A stretch of 64,000 nucleotides of DNA from Mobula hypostoma (taxonomy: Eukaryota). Shown one piece after another: positions 26,862-40,139 of this stretch (positions are counted from its first letter, which is position 1; every line of letters begins with the position of its first letter). The stretch spans positions 93,312,001 through 93,376,000 of the forward strand of contig NC_086108.1 of NCBI RefSeq assembly GCF_963921235.1, written 5' to 3'. A program made the position numbers and the translations under genes. A model generated the notes under the pieces. It did no database searches. It was not told the DNA's origin and saw only the letters and a program-made list of their open reading frames with translations.

Positions 26862-27053
26862 CTGGAACTCGCCAGCTTTTTCTGGATCCACTGAAGTTGC
26901 TTTTGGGCTAAATGAGGATTTTCCGGTCCTATTGGCTGGTTCCTTTCATATGTGTTTCCACAGATCACAACGGTGTCAATCATCAGAATGGTGACAGAAA
27001 CATTGGTATTAGGAATCCTGAAAGTCAACTCATAGTAGAGATCCGGAAAATTC
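26862..27053 (-). CDS. ACP5: ACP5-like coding exon 4: NFPDLYYELTFRIPNTNVSVTILMIDTVVICGNTYERNQPIGPENPHLAQKQLQWIQKKLASS(R)
   Basis: Acceptor ttgttatag|, donor AG|gtaact, 192 nt (phase 2-2). TRAP-like WNFP..YY and IDTVxxCGN segments. Confidence 0.96.
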
Positions 27054-29124
27054 CTATAACAAAGGGTATAAACCATTTAATTCCATGTTGAGCAAAAAGT
27101 TTTGGCTTTTACAACTGAACTCTTGCAAATCCCAGCTCTGGGTTCTTGAGAACAAAACTGCACTGGCTATTTCATGCTGAATGCATTCTAATATCCAGAG
27201 TTTTCCCACAGATGCTGTCAACTTTAGAGGCTGTAAATCATATCAGAACCATCTTTAATTGGATACACAGTGATGCAAGTTATGCTGAGGCCCAGCACAC
27301 TGTGTTCCTCCCATGTCCAATGGCCTGGTGGACAATCTTGTTGGCAGCAAACAACCCTTTCCATGTTCACTGGCTTGGAGCCAGATATCTGAACTTTGGG
27401 CAGTGAGGGTCATCCTCCCTGCAGGTCTTACAAAAAGTTTGCTTTCAAAGTTTGTTGAAAGTTGAGGGTTGTTTTCTACCATTTTTGGAGTGCTTTCTCT
27501 GGCTGAGCATTTGACTCCTGTGATCTGTTTCAAAGCCAGAAACTAGAGTGGGTCGCCATGACCTGTTTCCTGCGTTCAGAGGAGCAGTGATCAGATCTGC
27601 TTGTTAGTAGGGCAATTGGCTGCTCTAAGTTATCCCCGGTGCAGGTGGGTGGCTGGGGAACCAGGGCAGCTGATGGACCTCTGGGAGAGAATAGGTTGAT
27701 AGATTGCAGGGAAATAAGACCATAAGACATAGGAGCAGATGATTTATTTTCCCTCTCAATTCCATTCTCAGTGGGAGAATGGGATTTCTCCAAAAGCTAG
27801 CCTAGACTTGACAGGTGAGTGGTCTCCTTCTATAGTATCCTTCTCTGATTATTGTCACCTTGTTGTTGTGGACAGGCATGTGAGTTCCTGGGATCCCGAG
27901 AGCAATGCTATACAGTTTTAGCTCTTGGTAGGGTCATGCATGGCAGTAATGTTAAGGAGGAGGTTCCAGACAAGGAGTGATCCAACCAAGTCCTCAATGG
28001 TGGAGCTGGTGGAAATTGATGGCACATCACAAGGGCAGTGAAGGCTGCAGCCGTGAAAGGTCCCCACTCACCTTGCATTCCACACCACGGGACCCTGACC
28101 CCGATCTGTCATGGTCCCTGTGGTAACTGCCTCCCTCTGTTTAACAAAGTCAGACACAGGCATACTCCATTAAGGAAATCCACCCTAACATCCTGGATTA
28201 AGCTCTGTGGTAATCAGCAAATGGCAAACGGGGCAGGATTGTGAGGTCTGGAAGATGTGGATCCTGGATCGGCCTCTACAGCCACCTGAAGACCCACCGA
28301 AGAGCAACCCCTCAGGAGAACATCATGGAGAGCCGAGTGATCACATCACTACTACTCTGTATAATCAGGAACTATGACAAATAACATGCAGCAAATGCCC
28401 TGTGGGTGAATCTCACTTCTCCATTCAGCCTAGACCACTGATTCCCAATACCCTTCGGCAGGGTACAGCACAGATCACAGCAAGGCTTGAAATCATCCAG
28501 TTAAAAAATCCACAAAACAAGGGAAAATGAACAAAAACTAAACTTGGCATGATGGATGGGGCTGTTGACAGTGTTCCAGAGTTATCCAGGACAACTATAG
28601 AAGTAGTGGCTGTGCTGGTAAGACCATAAGACACAGGAGCAGAATTAGACCATTCAGCCCATCAAGTCTTCTCCGCCATGATGTTAAGCATGTTAATGAT
28701 TCAAGATTCAAGGTTGTTTATTATCATTCTTCAGTACACAAGGGTAAAGAAGAATGAAATGATTGTTACTCTGGATTGATGCAGCGTAAAAATACACAAT
28801 AAGCATAAAGAACTTTTCTTTTAAAAAAAGAACACAATAAATATAAATATAAAAGCAATTCTATAAACCAGTGTGTACAAATAAATATTATAAGCATAGA
28901 TTGATTCTAAGTAGATAACGTGACGCTGGATGACGTGTATGTAGGAGTGGTAGGATTGGGTATTGGGTGGAGGTGTTGATCAGCCTGACAGCTTGGGAAA
29001 AGTAACTGCTTCCGAGTCTGGTGTCCCTGGTGCAGATGCTGTGTGGCCTCTTTCCTGATGGGAGCGGTACCAGCAGTCCATAGCAGGGTGGGTGGGATCC
29101 TTCATGGTTTTGTTGGCCTTTTCT

Positions 29125-29810
29125 CAGAATCAGAATCAGAATCCTTTATTAGCGCCAAGTATGTGGACGTATACAGGGAATTTGATGCCGGTTTCCCTGA
29201 GCTCTCGCTGTACAGAATCAAAAAGCAAACAAAACAATAGTGCAAATAATCGTGAACTATATACAATGAGGTATACTTGTGTATGTACAGGTGGACTTGG
29301 TTTATAATAGACTAAAATTCAAGTGTTCATAAGACTGATGGCATATGGAAAGAAACAGTTCTTGTACCTATTTGTCCTGGCATACAGTGATCTAAAGCGC
29401 CTACCAGAAGGAAGGAGTTGGAACAGGTGATGTCCAGGGTGTGATGGGTATGCAATGATGTTGCTTGCTCACTTCCTGACTCTAGATGCATATAAGTCCT
29501 GGATCGAGGGCAGCTTCACACCAATAATCCTTTCCACAGCCCTGACAGTTCTTTGGAGTCTATTCTTGTCTTGTTTGGTAGCTGATCCAAACCAGACAGT
29601 GATGGACGAACAGAGAACAGACTGGATTATTCCTGAATAGAATTGAATCAGCAGCTCCTGAGGCAGGTTGTACTTCCTGAGTTGACGTAGGAAGTACAAC
29701 CTCTGCTGAGCCTTTTTGATAAGAATGTCCGCGTTGGGTGTCCACTTCAGGTCCTGGGAGATTGTGACACCCAGAAACCTGAAGGTCTCCACAGCAGACA
29801 CAATACTGTT
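29125..29810 (-). mobile_element. Rex1-like LINE 3' portion
   Basis: ORF 29469-29864 VETFRFLG..KKAQQRLYFLRQLRK..SSITVWFG. (CAGAAT)n tail at 29125-29143. Confidence 0.85.
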
Positions 29811-31044
29811 GCATATAGTGAGCACCTTTCTGTATACCTGTCCTATGAAAAGATACCTATTCACGGAGTGCGAATCATTATTGGGCTATTTCATCGAACC
29901 CACCACCCGCAGCAGGTTCACCGGCTGCCACAGTGGTGTATGTAAAGGAATGGGGAGAGCCACCCTGATTTCTTTTCATCCCCCATGATCCCTCCTCCTG
30001 AGGGTTGCTCCACACAACTGAAAAGCTCTGGTTTGGACCTGAACAGCGCGCATGCCCAGCTGCGATGGGTCAGGATTTCCGCAGCAATGACCCCTGTCTC
30101 GTTTGGTCACTCTCTGCTCTGAGGCTGTCTGCAGAGGAACTCACTCTCCAGGGCAGCTTGTGCTACAATATATTAGAAGGACTATCTACTACACAATGTT
30201 TGCCACGGGCCACAGATCAGCAAACACAGAAGGTGTATTGAGGGGCTCTGTTGTGTAATTATTCCCTCCCAGCCTCATCCCACCCCACAAAGGAAAGACG
30301 AATCAGTTTCTAATAAGTTGCTCATGAAATTCACATGAGATCATTGTCTGGCCGTTTTCCTCTCCCCCCTCACTCTCAATTTGCTCTTCTCTGTCTAGGC
30401 TCTGTTCTCCATCTTCCTCCTACTCACTCCATACAACTTATGGGGTCACTGGGACAGGCGGCGAGCTTGTGAGCTGCTGATGGGATCTTGGGGAGAACCA
30501 ACAGGAAAGGGAAATTCAAGCAACATACATCAAAGTTGCTGGTGAACGCAGCAGGCAGGGAAATAATATTTTAAATGAATTTTAAATATATTAAAGGCTT
30601 CCAAGGCAGCTAAGGTGACATGAAGTTCATCCAAGTAGCTGACTCATGTAAGAACCGCAGGGGGTTTGCAAAGCTGAACAGCAGATGCAAACCTGTAACC
30701 ACAACACAACTGAGGAAAGAATCCAACCTATAAATGGTCCTTCTCCTGAGATTTTATTTGGCAGCTAAGGGTGGACTTGGCCTGTGAGCACATCATAAAG
30801 GCTAGTTACCATAAAGTAAACTAATGCTGCCATCTCTCCAAAATATCATTCGTAAGCTGAGGGATTTCTTGTTTTCTTTTGGTGTAGAGATATAACTAGG
30901 AGTTTGTATAACTACCATTTCTTTCTACACTTATGACTGTGTGGCTAGGCACAACTCAAACGCCATTTATAAATTCACTGATGACATCCCTGATGTTGGC
31001 AGAACCTCAGACTGTGATGAAAAAGTGTGCGGGAGTGAGATATA

Positions 31045-34000
31045 TTAAGAACTTAAGAAATAGGAGCAGGAGTAGGCCGTCTGGCCCATCGAGCCTGCTC
31101 GCCATTCGGTAAGATCATGGCTGATCTGGCCATGGGCTTACTTCCACCTACCTGCCTTTCCCCATAACCTCTAATTCCCCTACTATGCAAAAATCTATCC
31201 AACCTTGTTTTAAATATATTTACTGAGGTAGCCTGCACTGCGTCATTGGGTAGAGAATTCCACAGATTAACCACTCTCTGATTAAGCAGTTCCTCGTCAT
31301 CTCCATCCTAAATCTACTCCCCCAAATTTTGAGGCTATGTCCTCTAGTTCTAGTCTCACCTACCAGTGGAAACAACTTTCCTGCCTCTATCTTATCTATT
31401 CCTTTCATAATTGTATATGCTTCTATAAGATTTCCTTTCATTCTTCTGAATTCCAGCCAGTAAAGTCCCAGGCAATTCAATCTCTCCTCACAGTCTAACC
31501 CCCTCATCTCTGGAATCAACCTGGTGAACCTTCTCTGCACTGCCTCCAAACCCAGTATATCCTTCCTCAAGTAGCAGAACTGCACACAGTACTCCAGGTA
31601 CGGCCTCACCAGTACCCTGTATAATTGCAGCAAAACCTCCCTGCTCTTAAATTCAATCCCTCTAGCAATGAAGGCCAACATTCCATGTACCTTCTTGATA
31701 GCCTGCTGCACCTGAAAACCAACCTTTTGTACTTCATTCACAAGCACTCCCAAGTCCCTCAGCACAGCAACATGCTGCAATTTTTTCCCATTTATATAAT
31801 AATCTGAGCTTCCATTTTTCCTTCCAAAGTGGATGACCTCACACTTACCAACATTGTACTCCATTTGCCTGACCCTTGCCCACTCACTTAACCTATCTAT
31901 ATCTCTCTGCAGAATCTCTGTATCTTCTGTACAATTTGCTTTTCCACTCAATCTCATATCATCAGCAAACTTAGATACACTACACTTGGTCCCCTCTTCA
32001 AGATCATCGATGCATATTGTGAACAGTTGTGGGCCCAGCACCAGCCTCTACGACACACCACTCACTACTGATGGCCAACCAGAGTAACACCCATGTATCC
32101 CAAAAATCTGCTTTCTATTATTTAACCGATCCTCTATCCATGTTAATACATCACCCCCAACTCAATGCATCCTTAGCTTATGGATAAGCCTTTTATGCAG
32201 CACATTATCGAATGCCAATATCAATTCCCCCTTCTCGTCCTCCAAGGAACCTACATTCACTTTAGCCACTCTTTTCCACTTTATATAATTATAAAAACTC
32301 TTACTGTTCATTTTTTTATTTTGTGAAAATTTGTTTTCATAATCTAGCTTCCCTTTCTTTATTGCTCGCTTAGTGGTTCTTTGTTGCTTTTTAAAGTTTT
32401 CCTAATCTTCCAGTTTCCCACTACTCTTGGTGACTTTGTAAGACCAAGCTTTTAGTTTTGATGCCTTCTTTTATTTCCTTAATTATCCAAGGCTGGCTCT
32501 CCTCACCCTTACTGTCCTTGTTTTTAATATACTTTTGTTGAGCACCGTTAAAAATCTCTTTGAAAGTCTCCCACTGTTCCTCAACTGTCCCATGATATAG
32601 CCTGTGTTGCCAGTCTACACTAGCCAAATCCTCCCTCATCCCATTGTAATCTCCATTGTTTAGGTATAATTCACTGGTTTTAGATCGAATTATTGCACCC
32701 TCCATTTATATGAGAAATTCAGTCATACTGACAGCACTCTTTCCAAGAGGATTCCTAGCTACAAGATCACTAATTTCACCTGTCTCATTGCATAGGACCA
32801 GATCTAAGATAGCACGTTCCCTTGTAGGTTCAGTAACATGCTGTTCAAGAAGGCCATCATGGATCCGCTCTATGAAGTCTTCCTCAAGACTGCCTTGACC
32901 AACTTGATTCACCGAATCTATGTGCAAGTTAAAGTCCCCCATGATAACTGCTGTTCCATTCCTACATACCTCAGATATTTCTCGGTTTATTGCCTCTGCC
33001 ACTGTAATGTTATTATTCGGTGGCCGATAAACAACTCCCACCAGTGTTTTTTTCCCTTTACTATTCCTAACATCTACCCAGATAGATTCAACATTCTGCT
33101 CCTTAGATCTTCTATCATCTCTCTCCATCACCCTGATCTCATGTTCAATTAAGAATGCTACCCCACCTCCCTTACTTTCATGCCTATCCTTTCATATTAC
33201 CTGATAACCTTGGCAATTTAATTCCCAGTCCTCCACCCTGCAATCACGTCTCTGTAACGGCCGCTAAATCATATCCCCTTGTACTAATTTTTGCCACAAG
33301 TTCACTGACCTCATTTCGAATGCTACGGGCATTCAAATAAAGTGCCCTTATATTCAATGTGCTTTTAAAATCTTGTAATCTTTTACTCTTTTGCACTTGA
33401 CTTTTCTTCACTCCACTCTCACTTTTCTCTTTTTTATCTTTTGCCTTTTCTTTATCCTTATCCACATTTTGCTTTTTTTACTTTACTTCTCCAAACTGTT
33501 AACCGCTCCCCCCATTTAGCTTAAAGCTAGGATCCAGGTCCCATCACTGTTCAGGTGGAGCCCGTCCCATTGGTACAGCTTCCTCCTTCCCCCATGTGGG
33601 TGCCAATTTCCCATGAATTCAAACCCACTTCTCCCACACCAATCGTGAGCCACACATTTAACTCTCTAGTCTTCCTGACCCTATGCCAATTTGCATGTGG
33701 CTCAGGTAGTAATCCAGAGTTTACCACCTTTTTTGTTCTGCTTTTTCATTTAGTCCCCAGCTGCTCAGATTCCCACTTTCCTCATTCTATCTATGGCACT
33801 GGTACCCACATGGACCATGACAACTGGATCTTTCCCCTCCCACTGCAAACTGCTCCACAGGTCAGATAAGATGTCCTGAACCCGAGCACTAGGCAGGCAA
33901 CACAGCCTTCGGGATGCCTTATCCTCACGACACAGAACTCTCTCTATTCCTCTGACTATACTGTCCCAAATTACCACTACATTTCTCCTCTCTCCCCCCT

Positions 34001-34690
34001 CTTGAATGGCTCCCTGAACTACAGTGCCACAGTGAGGTTGCTCATCCTTCCTACAGCCCCCACTGTCATCCACACAGGAAGTAAGAATCTCAGACCTGTT
34101 GGACAAGCTCAAGGGCTGAGGCTCCTCTAGCTCTGTCTCTTGGATCCCACTACCCACCTCATTCGCAGTCACACCCTTTTGTTCCTGACCACATACTGAA
34201 TTTGAGACAGCTAACCTATTGGGTGTGACTACCTCCTGAAACAGAGAATCCAGGTAACTCTCTCCCTTCCTGATGTGCCACAGTGTTTGAAGCTCAGATT
34301 CCAGGTCATCAACTTTGAGCCTGAGTTCCTCGAGCAGCCAACACTTTCTGCAGATGTGGTCACCAGGAACAACAATGGGGTCCATCAGCTCCCACATCAT
34401 GTAGCTACAGCACTTCACCTGCTCCTGCATCATCCCTTAGCTGTAATTTAGTGACTTTTTACCTGCTACTCACCTGTCCCTCCTCACCGAAGCCTCTTGA
34501 GCCAAAGCCTGAAGTTCCCACTCCTACACTGGTCCGCTCACACAATGGCCGCTCCGCTTTGACCCTGCTTTACCTCCATTTGTTCCTGCTAATGAATCGC
34601 AAATTGACTGGTCCGCCGCCAGTGCGCCGAGCCCCACGAAATGCTACTTTTTAAATTTCTTCTCCCCAAACTGTGCGAAGCTCACTCTCT
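31045..34690 (-). mobile_element. Near full-length CR1 LINE with internal deletion, nested in a Rex1-like element (~30915-31044 and ~34720-35340)
   Basis: ORF1 33765-34433 (CxxC-type finger, coiled coil, esterase VHVGT). APE fragments (LYLNARSI, YRPP, MGDFN). RT ORF 31220-32041 (FADD). 3' tail at ~31045-31060. Confidence 0.92.
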
Positions 34691-35684
34691 CTTCGAATCG
34701 ATTGATCCACTGCATCTTGGTGGGTTGAGTGGTGGCTCAACAAGAGCCTCGTGCTCCGTGTCAGTAAAACAAAGGAACTGATGATGGACTTCAGGAGCGG
34801 GAGGTCAGGAGAACACACATCAGTCCTCATTAAGGGGTCAGCAGTGGAATGGGTTCATAGCTTCAAGTTCCTGGGCATCTCAGAGGATCTATCCTGGGCC
34901 CAACGTATTCATGCAGTCTTGAAGAAGACATACTAGTTCCTGGGCAAACTTCATTAGGAGTTTGAAGAGATTTGGTATGCCACCAAAGACTCTATCAAAT
35001 TTCCACAGGTGTACCAAGGAGAGCATTCTGACTGTATGAAGGCTCAGTGCACAGGATCGGACGAGGCTGCAGAGGGTTTTAGACTAAAGTAGTTCTATCA
35101 TGGGCACAGGCCTCCCCACCACTGAGAACATCTTCAATAGAGGGGGGCTTCAAGAAGGTGGCATCCATCATTAAGGACACTCACAGTCCGGGATATGCCA
35201 TCCGCTCATTGCCACCATCAAGGAGGAGGTACAGGAGCTTGACGCACACTCAGTGTTTGAGAAGCAGCTTCTTGCAATTAGATATCTGAATGATCCATGA
35301 AAACTACATCGCTATCCTCTTTTGTACTGATATTTTTATGTTTTATGCCTGAAAAATCAACTGTTTACTCCCCCGCCCCCATAGATGAAGCCTGGCCTGT
35401 TGAGGTTCTCCAGCATTTTGTGTGTGTTACTCCAGTTCTCATGTCACCTGGGCATGTACAGATCCTCCACAAAGTTGTGCCTTCACACCTGATATGAAGG
35501 CACATCCCTGCAAATATACCCAGCTTGGCAGGATTCTTTGCATTTCAGTCCCTTATCTCATGAACTTTGTTAACTTTGTATAAACAGTGCAATGCAATAC
35601 ATGTTAATATAGAAAACAAACTGTGAATTACAGTAAGTATATGCATCTCTATATATGGATATTGATATGGAAATGGAAATGGAA

Positions 35685-36490
35685 GTGGATGAAGCAGTGC
35701 CAGAGGACCAGAGGCCATGGCAGGACAAGCAACTGCACGGGATGTCCCAACGCCAGATATCAGAGGTGGCTGACATAAGGAAGTCCTACCAATGGCTGGA
35801 AATGACAGGGCTGAGGGACAGCACTGCTGCACTGCTCGTGGCTGCACGTGAACAGGTGCTGAGCACAAGAGCAACAGGAGCAGGAGTCCATCACACCAGG
35901 CAAGACCAAGATGCAGACTGTGCAAGGAATCCACAGAAACCACCCAGCACATAGTGGCAGGAAGCAAGATCCAGGCAGGGACAGGATACACTGAACAACA
36001 CAACCAAGTTGCAGAAATTGTGTACAGGAATATCTGTGCTGGTTATGGGTTGGACACTCCCAAGTCCAAATGGGAAACACATAAGGTAGTGCAGAATGAC
36101 AGGACTTGCAAATACAGACTGATAAACAGGTACTGGCCAACCAACCAGTCATAGTCATACTGGACAAGGAACAGAAGAAAGCAATAGTAATAGATGTGGC
36201 AATCCCGAATGACAGTAACATCAGGAGGAAAGAATATGAGAAGCTGGAGAAATACCAGGGCTTGAAAGAGCAGATAGAAAAGATGTGGAAGGTTAAAGCC
36301 AGAGTAATCCTGATGGTGATAGGAGCACTTGGAACTGTGACACCTGGACTGGGAGAGTGGCTCCAACAAATCCCAGGAACAACATCTGAGATCTCGTTCC
36401 AGAAGAGCACATTACTAGGATCAGGAAGGATACTACACTGAACCCTCAAGCTCCCAGGCCTCTGGTAGAGGACATGAGATCGAGGGAAAA
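35685..36490 (+). mobile_element. R4/Dong/Rex6-clade non-LTR retrotransposon 3' fragment with RLE endonuclease
   Basis: WQDKQLHG, degenerate CCHC finger CRLCKESTETTQHIVAGS, (R>Q)HNQVA, QP(D>V)IVILDK..IDVAIP..EKLEKY and IGALG. Frameshifted. Confidence 0.85.
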
Positions 36491-36543
36491 ATACACATAC
36501 ATACCACTGAGAAAAAATATATTTTAAATAGTTAAATTAAATA

Positions 36544-37853
36544 AACATAGAAAACCTACAGCACAATACAGGCCCTTCGGCCCATAATGCTGTGCCAAAC
36601 ATGTACTTACTTTAGAAATTACCTAGGGTTACCCAGAGCCCTCTATTTTTCTAAGCTCCAGGTACCTATCCAGGAGCCTCTTAAAAGACCCTATTGTAGC
36701 TGCCTCCACCACAGTCGCCGGCAGCCCATTCTATGCACTCACCACTCTCTGCGTAAAAAAACTTACCCCTGACATCTCCTCTGTACCTACTTCCAAGCAC
36801 CTTAAAACTGTGCCCTCTCACGCTAGCCTCTGACTATCCACACAATCAATGCCTCTCATCATCTTAAACACCTCTATCAGGTCACCTCTCATCCCCCATT
36901 GCTCCGAGGAGTAAAGCCCAAGTTCACTCAACCTATTCTCATAAGGCATGCTCCCCAATCCAGGCAATATCCTTGTAAATCTCCTCTGCACCCTTTCTAT
37001 AGTTTCCACATCCTTCCTGTAGTGAGATGACCAGAACTAAGCACAGTACTCCAAGTGGGGTCTGACCAGGGTCCTATATAGCTGTAACATTACCTCTCGG
37101 CTCTTGAACTCAATCCCATGATTGATGAAGGCCAATGCACCGTATGCCTTCTTAACCACAGAGTCAACCTGTACAGCAGCTTTGAGTGTCCTATGGACTC
37201 GGACCCCAAGATCCTTCTGATCCTCCACACTGCCATTAATACTATATTCTGCCATCATATTTGACCTACCAAAATCAACCACCTCACACTTATCTAGGTT
37301 GAACTCCATCTGCCACTTCTCAGCCCAGTTTTGCATCCCATCAATGTCCCACTGTAACCTCTGACAGCCCTCCACACTATCCACAACACCCCCAACCTTT
37401 GTCATCAGCAAATTTACTAACCCATCCCTCCACTTCCTCATGCAGGTCATTTATAAAAATCACGAAGAGAAGGGGTCCCAGAACAGATCCCTGAGGCACA
37501 CCACTGGTCACCGACCTCCATGCAGAATATGACCCATCTACAACAGCTCTTTGTCTTCTGTGCGCAAGCCAATTCTGGATCCACAAAGCAATGTCCCCTT
37601 GGATCCCATGTCTCCTTACTTTCTCAATAAGCCTTGCATTGGGTACATTATCAAATGCCTTGCTGAAATCCATATGCAGTACATCTACTGCTGTACCTTC
37701 ATCACATCCTCAAAAAATTCAATCAGGCTCCTAAGGCACAACCTGCCTTTGACAAAGCCATGCTGACTATTCCTAATCATATTATGCCTCTCCAAATGTT
37801 CATAAATCCTGCCTCTCAGGATCTTCTCCATTAACTTACCAACCACTGAAGTA
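36544..37853 (-). mobile_element. CR1 LINE 3' part, same subfamily as 5859-8086
   Basis: [16 protein letters not shown] and RPHLEYCA. The 3' UTR is almost identical to 5870-6150. Confidence 0.92.
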
Positions 37854-38722
37854 AGAGTGCAAATAAATAGTCAAAAAAATGGAAATAAAAAGGAGTGAGT
37901 TAGTGTGCATGGTTCAATGTCCATTCAGAAATTGGATGACAGAGGGAAAGAAGCTTTTGAATCATTGAGTGTGAGCCTTCAGGCTTCTGTACCTCCTTCC
38001 TGATGGTAACAATGAGAAGAGGGCATGTTCTGGTGGTGGGGTCCTTAATGAGGGACGTCACCTTTCTGAGGCACCACTTCTCAAAGAGGCTTTAGATACT
38101 ATAGAGGCTGTTGCCCATGATGGACCTGACTTGCAACTTGCTGTAACTCACTTCAATCCTATATAGTGGCCGCCCATGCCAAACGTTGATGCAGCCAGTT
38201 AGAATGGTCTCCATGGTACATCTGTAGAAATTTGCAAGCGTTTTAGGTGACAAACCAAATCTCCTCAAAGCCCCGAGTGAAATATAATTGCTGCCTTGCT
38301 TCTTTACTGCTGTATTGATTTGTTGGGGCAGGTTAGGTCCTCAGAGATATCGACACCCAGGAACTTGAAATTGCTCACTCTCTCCACTTCTGATCCCTCA
38401 ATGAGGACTGGTGTGTGTTCCTTCACCTTACCCTTTCTGAAGACCACGATCATCTTTGGTCTTGCTAACGTTGAGTGCCAGGTTGTTGCTGCAACACCAC
38501 TCAACTAGCTGGCATATCCCACTCCTGTACACCCTCTCATCACCATCTGAGATTCTTCCAACAATGGTCGTATCATCAGTAAATTTACAGATGGCATTTG
38601 AGCTATGCCTAGCCACACTGTCATGGGTGTAGAGAGAGTAGAGCGGTGGGCTAAGCACACACCCCTGAGGTGTGCCAATGTTGATTGTCAGCGAGGTGGA
38701 GGTGTTATTTCCAATTTCCATA
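37854..38722 (-). mobile_element. Rex1-like LINE fragment
   Basis: GTPQGCVLSPPLYSLYTHD..KFTDDTTIVG (ORF 38428-38721). Confidence 0.85.
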
Positions 38723-39222
38723 AAAATGACAACAAGACGTTGTCGAGCAATGAAACCAATTTGCCATGATTGTGGGAAAATATAACAGCGGAGAATCTAA
38801 AAGTTTTTATTTTATTTTTATTATCTTGCCAAAATTTCTGTTCAAGTAAGGCTACTGTCTGTCACAAAATATTATATATTAACTACATGATATCCCTTTA
38901 AAGTGGAATAACCAGTAACCAACTTCAATGCATAAGACTAATTTTTTTAACTCAATAGTTATTCACGGCGGAAGAAGACTGAGGCTGAAATTATCATTAA
39001 GTTTCTACATCTGTTTATTTCATAAAGCAAACTTTTCCAAACAATGCAGCTTCTTTAGATGCCTCAGTGTTGTACGTATCGTTTCCGTGGAGTAGATTAA
39101 TGGTTGACTGTTTCCATTTTTAAGTTGCTGAGAAAGTTAACCCCAAGAAAATGTGGAAAGCAATTAATACTACCTTATTATCTCATTATAACTATTAACA
39201 ACCTGATATTCAAATTACTTAC

Positions 39223-39350
39223 CATCTCTTAGAAATTCCTGAATAAGCAATCTGTGCTGACACATTACCCAAATGATCATGGTTCCCTGCCAGAATGTAC
39301 CATGGTATCTCGACAAGGGAGGGAGCTTTAAAAATGTTCTCAAATGTTTC
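39223..39350 (-). CDS. ACP5: ACP5-like coding exon 3: [42 protein letters not shown](W)
   Basis: Acceptor tctgaatag|, donor TG|gtaagt, 128 nt. GNHD metal motif and GNVS glycosylation sequon. Confidence 0.97.
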
Positions 39351-39847
39351 CTATTCAGACAAGTGAAAAATTACATCAGCTACTTAGTGTCTTAGTAATG
39401 GAGAAAGGGATTTAACTTATGAGAGAGCGATTTTAAGAGAAATGCATGAACAGTTAATTAATAAGGAAACAAAAGCGTAAGTAGTTTACTGAGACAGATC
39501 TGAATAAAAACTGTAATTAAAACATGCCATTTTTTTCCAAACAGGTGAATTTCCTCATATTTTCTCCACCTTAACTTTCCCTCGGTTACTTTTCATATTC
39601 ATGTTAATTCAGAATTCTAGCTGCAAAAATTCTAAAATTTAACCATATAACAGTTATAACAGTTATAATTCTATTACAATAAGTGACCAAGTTATACTTC
39701 TACTGCCTATGCTGATTTTAGTTTCTACCTGGATTGTTTTACAATAGTATATGACTTCAAAAGAAAGGATGTTCATTTAGCTAGAAAGTTGCAATGTCAC
39801 TTTCAGCACACTACTAAGATCCAGAATAAATTTACCATTTTGTATTG

Positions 39848-39849
<2 letters not shown>

Positions 39850-39880
<31 letters not shown>
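39850..39880. repeat. (CA)15 microsatellite in ACP5-like intron 2
   Basis: Directly visible. Confidence 0.98.
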
Positions 39881-39882
<2 letters not shown>

Positions 39883-40139
39883 CACAAAATTTTATACTTT
39901 TTGTAGGTGAATTTTATAAGCAAATGTGTTCTTTAAATTCACTACAATTCTTAAGGGATACAAATTAATTTTACTACCCTCATGTTTATCAGGATCCAAT
40001 TATGAAAAGTACTAGGTTCTTATTTACTATTATGTATCCATTCACAGAGATTAAAACAACACATTCAATTTACAATCAGTTACTGAGTTTACTCACGCTC
40101 AGTTTAAAACATAGAAGTATTGACAATATTTGATCGAAA

